IMG/VR virus record: IMGVR_UViG_3300013121_000020
Location: 1-64,000 of that record
Strand: one strand, 5' to 3'
DNA length: 64,000 nt
From: a virus
Taxonomy: Duplodnaviria > Caudoviricetes
Below the pieces are notes generated by a model. That model was not told the origin of the DNA. It did no database searches and was given only the letters and a program-made list of their open reading frames with translations. Made by a program: the position numbers and the translations under genes. How positions within the stretch are numbered: the stretch's first letter is position 1; every line of letters starts with the position of its first letter. Below, piece by piece: positions 46,970-55,489 of the stretch.

Positions 46970-46972
46970 AAT

Positions 46973-47920
46973 ATGAGAGTGTTATTTTGTCATAGGCCGG
47001 GTGGTGCTTTCGGATATATTACCGATGGTATGATCAATGCGTTTAGAGATCGTGGGCATAGTGTAGCTCGTTGGGATGGTAAAGAAGAATCGTGGTTTGA
47101 TTTTGCTCCAGATCTTTATTGTGGATCATCTGGGCATAGACAACCTATCCCATTAAGACGTAAATGTAAAATTGCACTTCATGTTAACCCATATGGTCCA
47201 GTTAATATTAATGGTATTAATGAGTCAAATGAAAGTATTAGGTGGACATTAAATCAAAAACCAGATGTTGTTTTTGGGTATGGTCATGAAGAAGACCGAA
47301 TTTTATGGAGCTATTGGACGAAACAACATGGGATTAGATGGGTCCCAATGCCAACCGCTGGTGATAAAACAATTTTTAAAGTTTTGCCAGATATTAAGAA
47401 AGAATTTGATATAGTATATCTTGGTGGTAAATGGGCATATAAAGGAATTACTATAGACGCCTATTTAATGCCAATATTGCAAGAACATAAATTGTCGTAT
47501 AAACTTCATGGGTGGGGTGAATGGCCGCAAAATATGTGCTCAGGAATCTTGCCGGATGATATGGCGTGCCGTTTTCTTAATTCTGGTAAGATTGGGCCTT
47601 GTATTTCTGAACAACACACACATTCGTATGGTATAGACATCCCTGAACGAGCGTTTAAAGTGGCGTTATGTGGATCGTTAATTATACATGATCCGGTAAT
47701 CGCTGTGCGACGAATGATACCATCAGCTTTGGTCGCAAGTAGCCCAACACAATTTAAAGATTATTGTCATCATTTTTCTGAAAACGATAAAGAGCGCATT
47801 GATATTGTTGCTAAGCAACGTCAAGAAGTGTTGTCTGGTCATACATATCATCATCGGATTTCGTTGTTATTGAAACAACTAGGTTTTGATGATGAAGCAC
47901 ACCATATGATATCGGAGTAA
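46973..47920 (+). CDS. CgeB-like (GT-B, Glyco_trans_1_2) glycosyltransferase
   Basis: DIVYLG, ERAFKVALCG, VLSGHTYHHRI. Confidence 0.75.
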   Translation: MRVLFCHRPGGAFGYITDGMINAFRDRGHSVARWDGKEESWFDFAPDLYCGSSGHRQPIPLRRKCKIALHVNPYGPVNINGINESNESIRWTLNQKPDVVFGYGHEEDRILWSYWTKQHGIRWVPMPTAGDKTIFKVLPDIKKEFDIVYLGGKWAYKGITIDAYLMPILQEHKLSYKLHGWGEWPQNMCSGILPDDMACRFLNSGKIGPCISEQHTHSYGIDIPERAFKVALCGSLIIHDPVIAVRRMIPSALVASSPTQFKDYCHHFSENDKERIDIVAKQRQEVLSGHTYHHRISLLLKQLGFDDEAHHMISE

Positions 47921-47922
47921 TT

Positions 47923-48507
47923 ATGTTATCGTTTTCAAAAAACAGATTAATAGATATAATCTTGAAGAATGGTATTGTTTATGCCAAACCCGGTCAGCAA
48001 TTTACTCTTGCAAGCGGGGTAAAATCATCGTTTTATATCGATTTCAGTCGTGTTATGATGTTACCATTTGGGGCTGTTGCGGTTGTTGACGCATTGCTTG
48101 ATCACATGAAATCGATATATTCTTCTCAAGAACATGGTGGATTACCTTTTGATATTATCGGTGGCCCATCCAGTGGTGCCGATTCAATAATTGGAGCGAT
48201 ACTTCCAAGACTGGTTCCTGAAATTAATGGGTTTACTATTCGTAAAGAACCAAAAAGTCATGGTCCTGATGCTGGTAAAATGTATGATGGTTATATTCAT
48301 CATTCAGCCCGTGCACTCGTGATTGAAGATGTTACGACATCTGGGCAATCAGTATTAAAAGCCGTTAAAGAAATAGAGAAGCAAGGTGCCACAGTCACAA
48401 GGATTATAAGTTTATTAGATCGTCAAAATGGTGCTAGTGAACTTTTGAAAGATTATTCGTTCACGTCTATAGTGCGTTTAGATGAACTTAATATCAAGCA
48501 AGTGTAA
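47923..48507 (+). CDS. pyrE: Orotate phosphoribosyltransferase
   Basis: FTLASGVKSSFYID, RKEPKSHG, PRPP loop VIEDVTTSGQS, LLDR. Confidence 0.88.
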   Translation: MLSFSKNRLIDIILKNGIVYAKPGQQFTLASGVKSSFYIDFSRVMMLPFGAVAVVDALLDHMKSIYSSQEHGGLPFDIIGGPSSGADSIIGAILPRLVPEINGFTIRKEPKSHGPDAGKMYDGYIHHSARALVIEDVTTSGQSVLKAVKEIEKQGATVTRIISLLDRQNGASELLKDYSFTSIVRLDELNIKQV

Positions 48508-48524
48508 ATGTTTTGAGAGTATTA

Positions 48525-49169
48525 ATGGCTCTGGCCACTGATAAATTAATATTTTTGCATATTCCAAAAACTGGCGGAGTGTTTTTCCGTCATGCGCTTA
48601 AAGTATGCAAAATTGCACATGAAGAAATCGGTGCACAACACGATCATTTTCCAGAAATAACACGTTTGAAACCGGCAGAATTTTTTCAGAAACGAAAGAT
48701 TATTTCTTTTGTACGCCACCCATTAACGTGGTATCAATCGCGGTGGGCATTTAGAATTAAACATGGTTGGCGTGCTCAACATCCACTAGATTTTAATTGT
48801 GCATCTAATGATTTTGCTACTTTTGTTGATAATGTGCTGAAATATCAGCCAAATGGTTGGTTTTCGTGGGAATGTCGCATGTTTTTGAGCCAAGCCCCAC
48901 GTCTTGATTTTGTTGGGCGAATCGAAAGGTTGGTTGATGACACAATTTCTGCTCTTACGATGGCTGGAGAGAAATTTAGTGAAAAGGCAATCAGAGCTAT
49001 TCCACGCATTAATGATTCTGATTTAGATTCAAAACCATCACAATATTGGGCACGATATGATGATATTCTTGCCAGAAGAGTTATTGCGGTTGAGCGCGAA
49101 GTGATTGCTAAGTATTATTCGGATTTTCCTTTTGATCCCAAAAGCCTATGCGGTCCATGTCCATATTGA
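48525..49169 (+). CDS. Sulfotransferase family protein
   Basis: PAPS motifs FLHIPKTGG and FVRHPLTWYQS; FVGRIE. Confidence 0.8.
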   Translation: MALATDKLIFLHIPKTGGVFFRHALKVCKIAHEEIGAQHDHFPEITRLKPAEFFQKRKIISFVRHPLTWYQSRWAFRIKHGWRAQHPLDFNCASNDFATFVDNVLKYQPNGWFSWECRMFLSQAPRLDFVGRIERLVDDTISALTMAGEKFSEKAIRAIPRINDSDLDSKPSQYWARYDDILARRVIAVEREVIAKYYSDFPFDPKSLCGPCPY

Positions 49170-49884
49170 TATTTCTCTTTTTCCATTCTTTATATCCATC
49201 AACACAATCGTCGTTTAGATGAAGTACTTCAACATCTGTAACGATACCGACAAATCGCTGTTGCTTTGTTGCTGACTTACATAATTCACCATCATCATTG
49301 CCATATAATTGATTTTGAACATATCCACCAACACTTTCAAAAAACTGGCGATCAATAAGGAACAATGGTCCTGCTGTATGTCGATTGTAGTAAACATTTG
49401 ATAAGGTGAAATGTGATGCTGATGTGGTTCTGTGCATGATCATTTTATTGTTTGATAATTGTTGTTGAAAATTTTCTCCAATTTTATTCATAATAACTGG
49501 TGCAAGTATTCCAAGTTTATGTTCGATACGAATTCTATAAGCGGCAAGTTGAAGTTTGATAAGCCAATCTGGTTCAACTAATAAATCTGGATCGATTGAG
49601 ATAAAATGATCGCTACGTGAGTTTTTCATGATTTGTGGGTACCATTTCATAAAGGCACGACCTTTACCAAGGTTTTGATGATTTTTATAGATAGTTATAT
49701 GGTTGTTAGAGAAAAGTGAAGTTTCGAATAGTTTGTCTAAGCCACCATGTGAATTGTCGCAGATATATATATGATATGGTTCATTAGTATTAATAAGTAT
49801 CGATTCAATGCATCGTCGTAAATCGTTAGGTCGAAAATATGTAACCATTATTAATGGTGTTGTATCGTGATGTGGAATTAGCAT
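49108..49884 (-). CDS. GT2 glycosyltransferase
   Basis: MVTYFR, ICDNS, NLGKG, SIDPD, GGY..LYGNDD. Confidence 0.8.
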   Translation of the reverse strand: MLIPHHDTTPLIMVTYFRPNDLRRCIESILINTNEPYHIYICDNSHGGLDKLFETSLFSNNHITIYKNHQNLGKGRAFMKWYPQIMKNSRSDHFISIDPDLLVEPDWLIKLQLAAYRIRIEHKLGILAPVIMNKIGENFQQQLSNNKMIMHRTTSASHFTLSNVYYNRHTAGPLFLIDRQFFESVGGYVQNQLYGNDDGELCKSATKQQRFVGIVTDVEVLHLNDDCVDGYKEWKKRNINMDMDRIGFWDQKENPNNT

Positions 49885-49921
49885 GTGTTTGTTTTGTGGT
49901 GGATATTGGTTGAGGTTATAT

Positions 49922-50419
49922 ATGATCGAGCTTGTAGCTGATATTTGGAATTTTCATGCCGACGGTAAATGGATAGTAATTACTACTAATATTGGGTGGA
50001 AGAAAGATGGAATGAACCCTATGGGTGCTGGTATTGCTAAACACGCAGCTAGTATGTTTCCAGAACTTCCTAGTTGGTATGGTGCTAGATGTAAGAAGTA
50101 TGGAAAGGACACCGCTGTTTGTTTTTATGAACCGGCTCGATTTATCCTTTTTCCAACGAAACCTTTAAATTATTATCAACCATGGTTGTCGTGGCAGAGC
50201 ATGTCTAGCATTGAATTGATCAATCGATCTGCTATTCAATTGCAGAAATTGGGTGAAATAATGTATGAACGTAATATGACTAATGAAAAAATTGCATTGC
50301 CGTTAGTTGGATGCGAAAATGGACGATTAAATCGTTGTGATGTTATTCCTATATTGCACAAAAACTTGGATGATCGTTTTGTGTTGGTGGAACGTCAGTT
50401 GAATTTGGAGACCATGTGA
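49922..50419 (+). CDS. Macro domain (ADP-ribose-binding/processing) protein
   Basis: IVITTN..MGAGIA..FP, FPTK, LPLVGCENG. Confidence 0.75.
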   Translation: MIELVADIWNFHADGKWIVITTNIGWKKDGMNPMGAGIAKHAASMFPELPSWYGARCKKYGKDTAVCFYEPARFILFPTKPLNYYQPWLSWQSMSSIELINRSAIQLQKLGEIMYERNMTNEKIALPLVGCENGRLNRCDVIPILHKNLDDRFVLVERQLNLETM

Positions 50420-50868
50420 ATAGTACATTATATTTAGATATTGATGGTGTTTTGAATACACATGAATGTTTTCGTAACGGCTATTGTGGTATTCATCGTG
50501 ATAAAATTGAATTAGTTAACTGGATAGTCGATAATGCTAAGTGTAATGTTGTAATTATTTCTGCGTGGCGGTATCTTGTATTGGCTGGATCTATGACGCT
50601 TAAAGGGTTTTCAAATCTTCTATTTACTCATGGTGCTGATGATTGGGCTGAGTTGATACGAGTGCTTCCATTCGATATTGGAAATGGGTCAGATCGAGGA
50701 CAATTAGTTGCTAATGATATTGCAAATAATCATGTGACTAATTATATTATTCTTGATGATCTTGATTTAGCATATACATCAAGAGGATTGAATTGTGTGA
50801 TTGTTGATGGGAGAATTGGACTTACACCATCATTGGCTCAAACAGTTTTGTCTTGTTTGACAATTTGA
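50416..50868 (+). CDS. HAD-superfamily protein (Swiss-Army-Knife RNA-repair HAD-like)
   Basis: YLDIDGVLN, IISAWR, YIILDD, GLT. Confidence 0.75.
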   Translation: MNSTLYLDIDGVLNTHECFRNGYCGIHRDKIELVNWIVDNAKCNVVIISAWRYLVLAGSMTLKGFSNLLFTHGADDWAELIRVLPFDIGNGSDRGQLVANDIANNHVTNYIILDDLDLAYTSRGLNCVIVDGRIGLTPSLAQTVLSCLTI

Positions 50869-50894
50869 AATTCTTAGTAAATATGTTGCAGGTT

Positions 50895-50931
50895 AGTGGT
50901 GTTCCGCTATGGGATAGCGGTACTATTTTTG
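50895..50931 (+). terminator. Putative Rho-independent terminator
   Basis: ccgctat-ggg-atagcgg stem followed by tactattttt. Confidence 0.45.
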
Positions 50932-50953
50932 TGGTTGCTTGGAGGTCCAAGTT

Positions 50954-52042
50954 ATGTTAGGTCGTATTCATGGTTCTGTTGAACATTTCTACATTCCTCA
51001 TCTCATTTATTTGAATGAAAAAGTTAGGATCGAATCTAAACAACGCACTTCAACAAGATTATATGGTTTATATAAATTAGATTGGGAGTCAGTAGATTCG
51101 TTTAAGAAGAATTATTGGAAAAAGAAATTTCCAAAGAGTCTTGAAGATCAATTTGCTACACTTCCAGAACGATATGACAATATAATTAAAAAGATGTTGT
51201 TTGCTCTTCCTTACGACGCTAAAAGCGAAATCGAACATTTTACGCAGATATATTACACCGAACGACATCGAGTTCGACATTTCGATACTATGATTCGTGA
51301 TGTGTGTTTAGAAGTGTCGGAAGCTGCTATTGGCTGTGCTTTTAAGCTTTTAAGTGATTATATTTATGATAATAAGACGTGGTTCCGTGACAATCATGAG
51401 ATTGATAAACGTTTAGCTTGTCATCTTATGATGTATAAATTTTGGCGAGAAATTATTGGTCGTGGTTGTGTTTGGGAGTATGCTGAGATGGATAAATTAG
51501 AAAAACGAATTGATGTTTTTGAAAAGACGAAGCTTTACCGCGATGTTTTTGATAAAACAAAGATGTATCGTACATGCTTGAATGAAATTCGTCGGTGGGA
51601 AGAGGATCAAGAAAAATTTTATGATTTTGTGAATACTATATGCGATTTTGTGTGTGATACTATAGAGGTACGAGAAGAAAAGGTTGAAGTTAAATCGTGT
51701 GGTGTTCGACATGAGTTTGGCCATAGACCAGTTATATTAGAGACTGTTCGTCTTCATATCGTTTTTAATAATCAATCTATTGTTGATGTGAGTTTCGACC
51801 AAAATGGCAAGATTAATTGTCGTGATGAGGCGGTTCAAATTGTTATCAATGATAAATGGATTCAATCTATTAAGATAGATCAAACACGATCGATGATATC
51901 TAATCAACATATGGAACTGATTTTGTGTGGTGGTGAATTCCCAAATGGTGCTGTTGGAGTTGTCAATTATACAGCGATGCCGTCAATGATAGAGCCACAG
52001 CCTAAATTAATTAGTGAATGTGATGAGACCCATTCGCCGTAA
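50954..52042 (+). CDS. Hypothetical protein
   Basis: GGAGG RBS; about 360-aa ORF. Confidence 0.6.
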   Translation: MLGRIHGSVEHFYIPHLIYLNEKVRIESKQRTSTRLYGLYKLDWESVDSFKKNYWKKKFPKSLEDQFATLPERYDNIIKKMLFALPYDAKSEIEHFTQIYYTERHRVRHFDTMIRDVCLEVSEAAIGCAFKLLSDYIYDNKTWFRDNHEIDKRLACHLMMYKFWREIIGRGCVWEYAEMDKLEKRIDVFEKTKLYRDVFDKTKMYRTCLNEIRRWEEDQEKFYDFVNTICDFVCDTIEVREEKVEVKSCGVRHEFGHRPVILETVRLHIVFNNQSIVDVSFDQNGKINCRDEAVQIVINDKWIQSIKIDQTRSMISNQHMELILCGGEFPNGAVGVVNYTAMPSMIEPQPKLISECDETHSP

Positions 52043-52231
52043 TTGTTCTAGTTGACCTTGATCCAGACGTTGTTTTTCTAGTGTCATTTGTGCGCCTGGT
52101 GCTATTGATACTTGAGACGCAGTTGACGCGGTAATTCCAGAATTAGCATTGGCGTCTGCTAATGCTATTTCATTAACGAGCACTGGTACAATCTGTCGTG
52201 AGATGTTTGTGATTGTTGTGAGCGCTGCCAT
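52007..52231 (-). CDS. Small hypothetical protein, likely structural
   Basis: GGAGG RBS before MAALTTITN. Confidence 0.6.
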   Translation of the reverse strand: MAALTTITNISRQIVPVLVNEIALADANANSGITASTASQVSIAPGAQMTLEKQRLDQGQLEQLRRMGLITFTN

Positions 52232-52273
52232 GGTATCCTCCATATTATACACTAGTTTTGACTGGATTATTGT

Positions 52274-53161
52274 ATGCCAGATTTTTCAATAGTGTCTGTT
52301 GTGTCACGACCTGAAGTTTTTGAAACATGTTTATTGAAGTCTATAAATGAGAATAGACGACACCACAATATTGAAATTATCCCAATAATGAATGAGGATA
52401 ATCGATATTCAGCTAGTAACGCACTTAATATTGGCTTAGATGTTGCTAGATCTAATATTGTCATATTTGTTCATCAAGATGTAAAACTTTTATATCGATG
52501 GTTTGACCAACTATCGTTATTGATTAAGGAAATACCCAATGATTGGAGTGTTATTGGACCAGCCGGGATAGCTTTGAAATATTCTAGAGCTGATATTGGT
52601 AAATGGGGTGGTGCATTAAATGTGAACACAGTCGCTGTTGGATCTGTTTGGGATACTGATGATAGTTTAGGTAATATACCATATTGGGATGGTATTAAAG
52701 AGCCAATTCCGATACATTGTGCCGATGAATGCGTGATTGTGTTGAATAAGAAGACTGGACTTCGTTTTGACTCTATGTTTACTGGATTTCATTTTTATGG
52801 TGTTGATTTATGCTTACAGGCTCGTGCTGCTGCTTATTCTGTCTATGGTGCTCATTTACCTATAATTCATTATGGTAAATATTCCGCTAGTTTTAGCGGT
52901 GATAAAAAATATTGGGTTTATCTTCGTTTTCTCTATAATAAGTGGCGTCTACGATTTCCAGAAGTTCTTGGTACCCATTTTCATTGGAATAGTGCAAAAA
53001 TTATGTCTGTGCGTGGTTTTGATGAAATTCCAGAATTGACTAGTTATATAAATGTTTCACTTGATAGTAATGACGGTTTAAAAATTTATTTAAAAGCGAT
53101 GGGAATTAATAAAGTGAAATTGAAAACCGATAAGCAACATGGATTATTGGAGATATCTTGA
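52274..53161 (+). CDS. GT-A glycosyltransferase (Glyco_tranf_2_5-like)
   Basis: ALNIGL, FVHQDV, ADEC, FDSMFTGFHFYGVDLCL. Confidence 0.8.
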   Translation: MPDFSIVSVVSRPEVFETCLLKSINENRRHHNIEIIPIMNEDNRYSASNALNIGLDVARSNIVIFVHQDVKLLYRWFDQLSLLIKEIPNDWSVIGPAGIALKYSRADIGKWGGALNVNTVAVGSVWDTDDSLGNIPYWDGIKEPIPIHCADECVIVLNKKTGLRFDSMFTGFHFYGVDLCLQARAAAYSVYGAHLPIIHYGKYSASFSGDKKYWVYLRFLYNKWRLRFPEVLGTHFHWNSAKIMSVRGFDEIPELTSYINVSLDSNDGLKIYLKAMGINKVKLKTDKQHGLLEIS

Positions 53162-53973
53162 TACATTGTATTCAATTGTGTCACCCGCAATCGGTTGATT
53201 TATTGCCAAAATCTGTATTTGATCAAGAATATGCTAAATGTACTAGAATATCATGCGGCACGAGCAGTATGAATAATGTTGACATATCAGAGGTTGATTT
53301 CTTTCCAACTTATGCATCTTGGAATTCAGCGTTGTTTGAGACTAGTGTGATTTTAACTGTGTGGGAACATGCTGATGAATTGATCGGTGATAATGATGTT
53401 GCAATTATTCATTCTGATATTACTTTACATTTTCAAGTGTCGGAAACATGGCAAAAGATTTGTGGATGGTTGCGTGAAAATGAGAAACGTTCTGTTGGGT
53501 TAACTGCACCATCTTCGTTTGCGCATGCATGGGACGATTGGTTGATCCCAAATGAAGTTCAATTTATTCCAAAATTTGATCCATATAAATTACATTCTTT
53601 TGACTATGGAATTAAAGTTTGGGATTTTGTAAAACTTTATGATTATGATACTTATGTGTGGGCAATGGATGTACAACCACGTTTAATTTATTCACATCAA
53701 TTTGCATGCACTCGTAAAACATTTGATTATTTAGGTGGGAAATTGTATGAAGTCGCACATCGTTTACGATTGCGTGATGTTGGTTTTTGGACGCCTCATA
53801 TGTTTGAGAGGCTTATAGCGTTGTACTTGGCTAGATATGGTGGCGATCCAATTTTATCAACGTGCTTTTGGCATGTATCATCTAGTGGTGTATTTGGACC
53901 TGGAGAATTGAGCTTGTATGGTCCACGACCTAGAAAGTATTATAAATTGAGAACACGTTGGAATCAACAATAG
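53158..53973 (+). CDS. Hypothetical protein, possibly glycan-related
   Basis: IIHSD, FERLIALY; located in glycan cluster. Confidence 0.55.
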   Translation: MIHCIQLCHPQSVDLLPKSVFDQEYAKCTRISCGTSSMNNVDISEVDFFPTYASWNSALFETSVILTVWEHADELIGDNDVAIIHSDITLHFQVSETWQKICGWLRENEKRSVGLTAPSSFAHAWDDWLIPNEVQFIPKFDPYKLHSFDYGIKVWDFVKLYDYDTYVWAMDVQPRLIYSHQFACTRKTFDYLGGKLYEVAHRLRLRDVGFWTPHMFERLIALYLARYGGDPILSTCFWHVSSSGVFGPGELSLYGPRPRKYYKLRTRWNQQ

Positions 53974-53974
53974 A

Positions 53975-54283
53975 TTATGGTATGCAACCAACCATCAGTG
54001 CTAAAAATGCAGCTTCAACTTCTTCATAGAAGTTTTGGTCTATGTCGTCAATGCTTTTTATTCCGATATTTATATTAAGTGGTATTGTGATTGTGATTGT
54101 TTTTCGCACCCAATCAAATATGCATGGGTCTAGTCTAACATCACTACCCCATTTATCGTCGATGTCTTTGCCGTGTTTACGTTTAACAACGGCATATATA
54201 AATGCATCAAAATGTTCAATTTGTGGTGGGATAGCCTGAAGAAATGTGGTGGTCACCCTTCTGGTGACTTTAATTTCGTTCAT
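53975..54283 (-). CDS. Hypothetical protein
   Basis: 102-aa ORF. Confidence 0.45.
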   Translation of the reverse strand: MNEIKVTRRVTTTFLQAIPPQIEHFDAFIYAVVKRKHGKDIDDKWGSDVRLDPCIFDWVRKTITITIPLNINIGIKSIDDIDQNFYEEVEAAFLALMVGCIP

Positions 54284-54328
54284 GCAATATGTACGGATGT
54301 GTAATCGATTTGGTTTTAGAGTGTTGAA

Positions 54329-54511
54329 GTGATGGATGAAAAATTGCCATTATATATTGATGACATTATTTTTGAAGCAGCACAAGAATCATTGAAATTG
54401 ATTAGTTCATGTTGTGATGTACGTGGAAAAACATGCAACAGTGATATATGGCAAGGCAATTTACGCCAATTCGTGGCGGTATTGTTGAAAAAATTGGAGG
54501 ATTCTAAATAA
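54329..54511 (+). CDS. Small hypothetical protein
   Basis: Coupled to next gene. Confidence 0.4.
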   Translation: MMDEKLPLYIDDIIFEAAQESLKLISSCCDVRGKTCNSDIWQGNLRQFVAVLLKKLEDSK

Positions 54512-54975
54512 TGTTTTATCCAAACGATGCTTTTATTGCATACCTTAATAGCGGCAATGTTTCTTATGAATATTTTGGTCCGGATGCAATTCCAATTGTT
54601 GTCGCTGACTTTGTTGTTAATGGCGTAAGTTTTGAAGCAATCTATCGTGATTCACACGACGTGTGGGAGATTTCTGATGTTGATGGTATGATAGCTGTTG
54701 CTGATCGTGGTCATAAATTTTATGAATACGCAGAACGTACTGTTGAGAAATTCAAGGATAAAATGCTTTCTGGTCCATCTGCGCAAGTTAGACGAGGGCG
54801 ATTAGTTAAAGCTATGACAAAAAGAATTATAAAGGATATGGACGAGGAGACTGTTAATAATATGCGATCATCGATTGACATGTTTCTTACACAATTTCGT
54901 TCTCTTAATCTGGCGTTTAAGCGTGATTTAAACATCGAAATACCACATGGAATTATATCGAAGTCATTTTCATAA
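54511..54975 (+). CDS. Hypothetical protein, paralog A
   Basis: Paralogous to 54992-55465. Confidence 0.65.
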   Translation: MFYPNDAFIAYLNSGNVSYEYFGPDAIPIVVADFVVNGVSFEAIYRDSHDVWEISDVDGMIAVADRGHKFYEYAERTVEKFKDKMLSGPSAQVRRGRLVKAMTKRIIKDMDEETVNNMRSSIDMFLTQFRSLNLAFKRDLNIEIPHGIISKSFS

Positions 54976-54991
54976 ATTGTAGAGATATATT

Positions 54992-55465
54992 GTGATTATT
55001 TTTATTCCAGAAGATGCTTTTGCTGCTTCTTTTGACGAAAATGGGAACGTCAGGGTTGAATTTGCAAATCCAACCGCAATCCCAACTGTCGTAGCTGAGT
55101 TTATAGTAAATGATGAATATTTTAAAGCTGTTTATCATGATTTATACGACATATGGGAAATTTTCGGTAATTGCGATAAATGGATAGTTGCTGATCATAG
55201 TCATAAATTTTATGAATATGCAGAACGTACTGTTGGAAAATGCAAGGATAAACTTCTTTCGGGTCCATGTCCTAGGTCTATTCAGAATAGATTGACCAAT
55301 TTGATGGTTAAAGAAATGCTAATTGAAATTGATACAGATATCCTCACACAGTTTAGTGCTGTTCCTCGGAAATTGAAACCTAGATGGACAATAGATGATA
55401 GTAGTTTGATTGTTAAATCGCGTCTATTTAACACATCTGCATCGGATGCCACAGCAACGTATTGA
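54992..55465 (+). CDS. Hypothetical protein, paralog B
   Basis: Shares AIP.VVA.F.VN and HKFYEYAERTV.K.KDK.LSGP with paralog A. Confidence 0.65.
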   Translation: MIIFIPEDAFAASFDENGNVRVEFANPTAIPTVVAEFIVNDEYFKAVYHDLYDIWEIFGNCDKWIVADHSHKFYEYAERTVGKCKDKLLSGPCPRSIQNRLTNLMVKEMLIEIDTDILTQFSAVPRKLKPRWTIDDSSLIVKSRLFNTSASDATATY

Positions 55466-55489
55466 GAACAAATAACTTAAGGACCAACC

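Noticed and set aside
54697-55268. Diversity-generating retroelement TR/VR pair
   Set aside because: Mismatches are not adenine-specific, both copies lie in full ORFs, and no reverse transcriptase is present in the window
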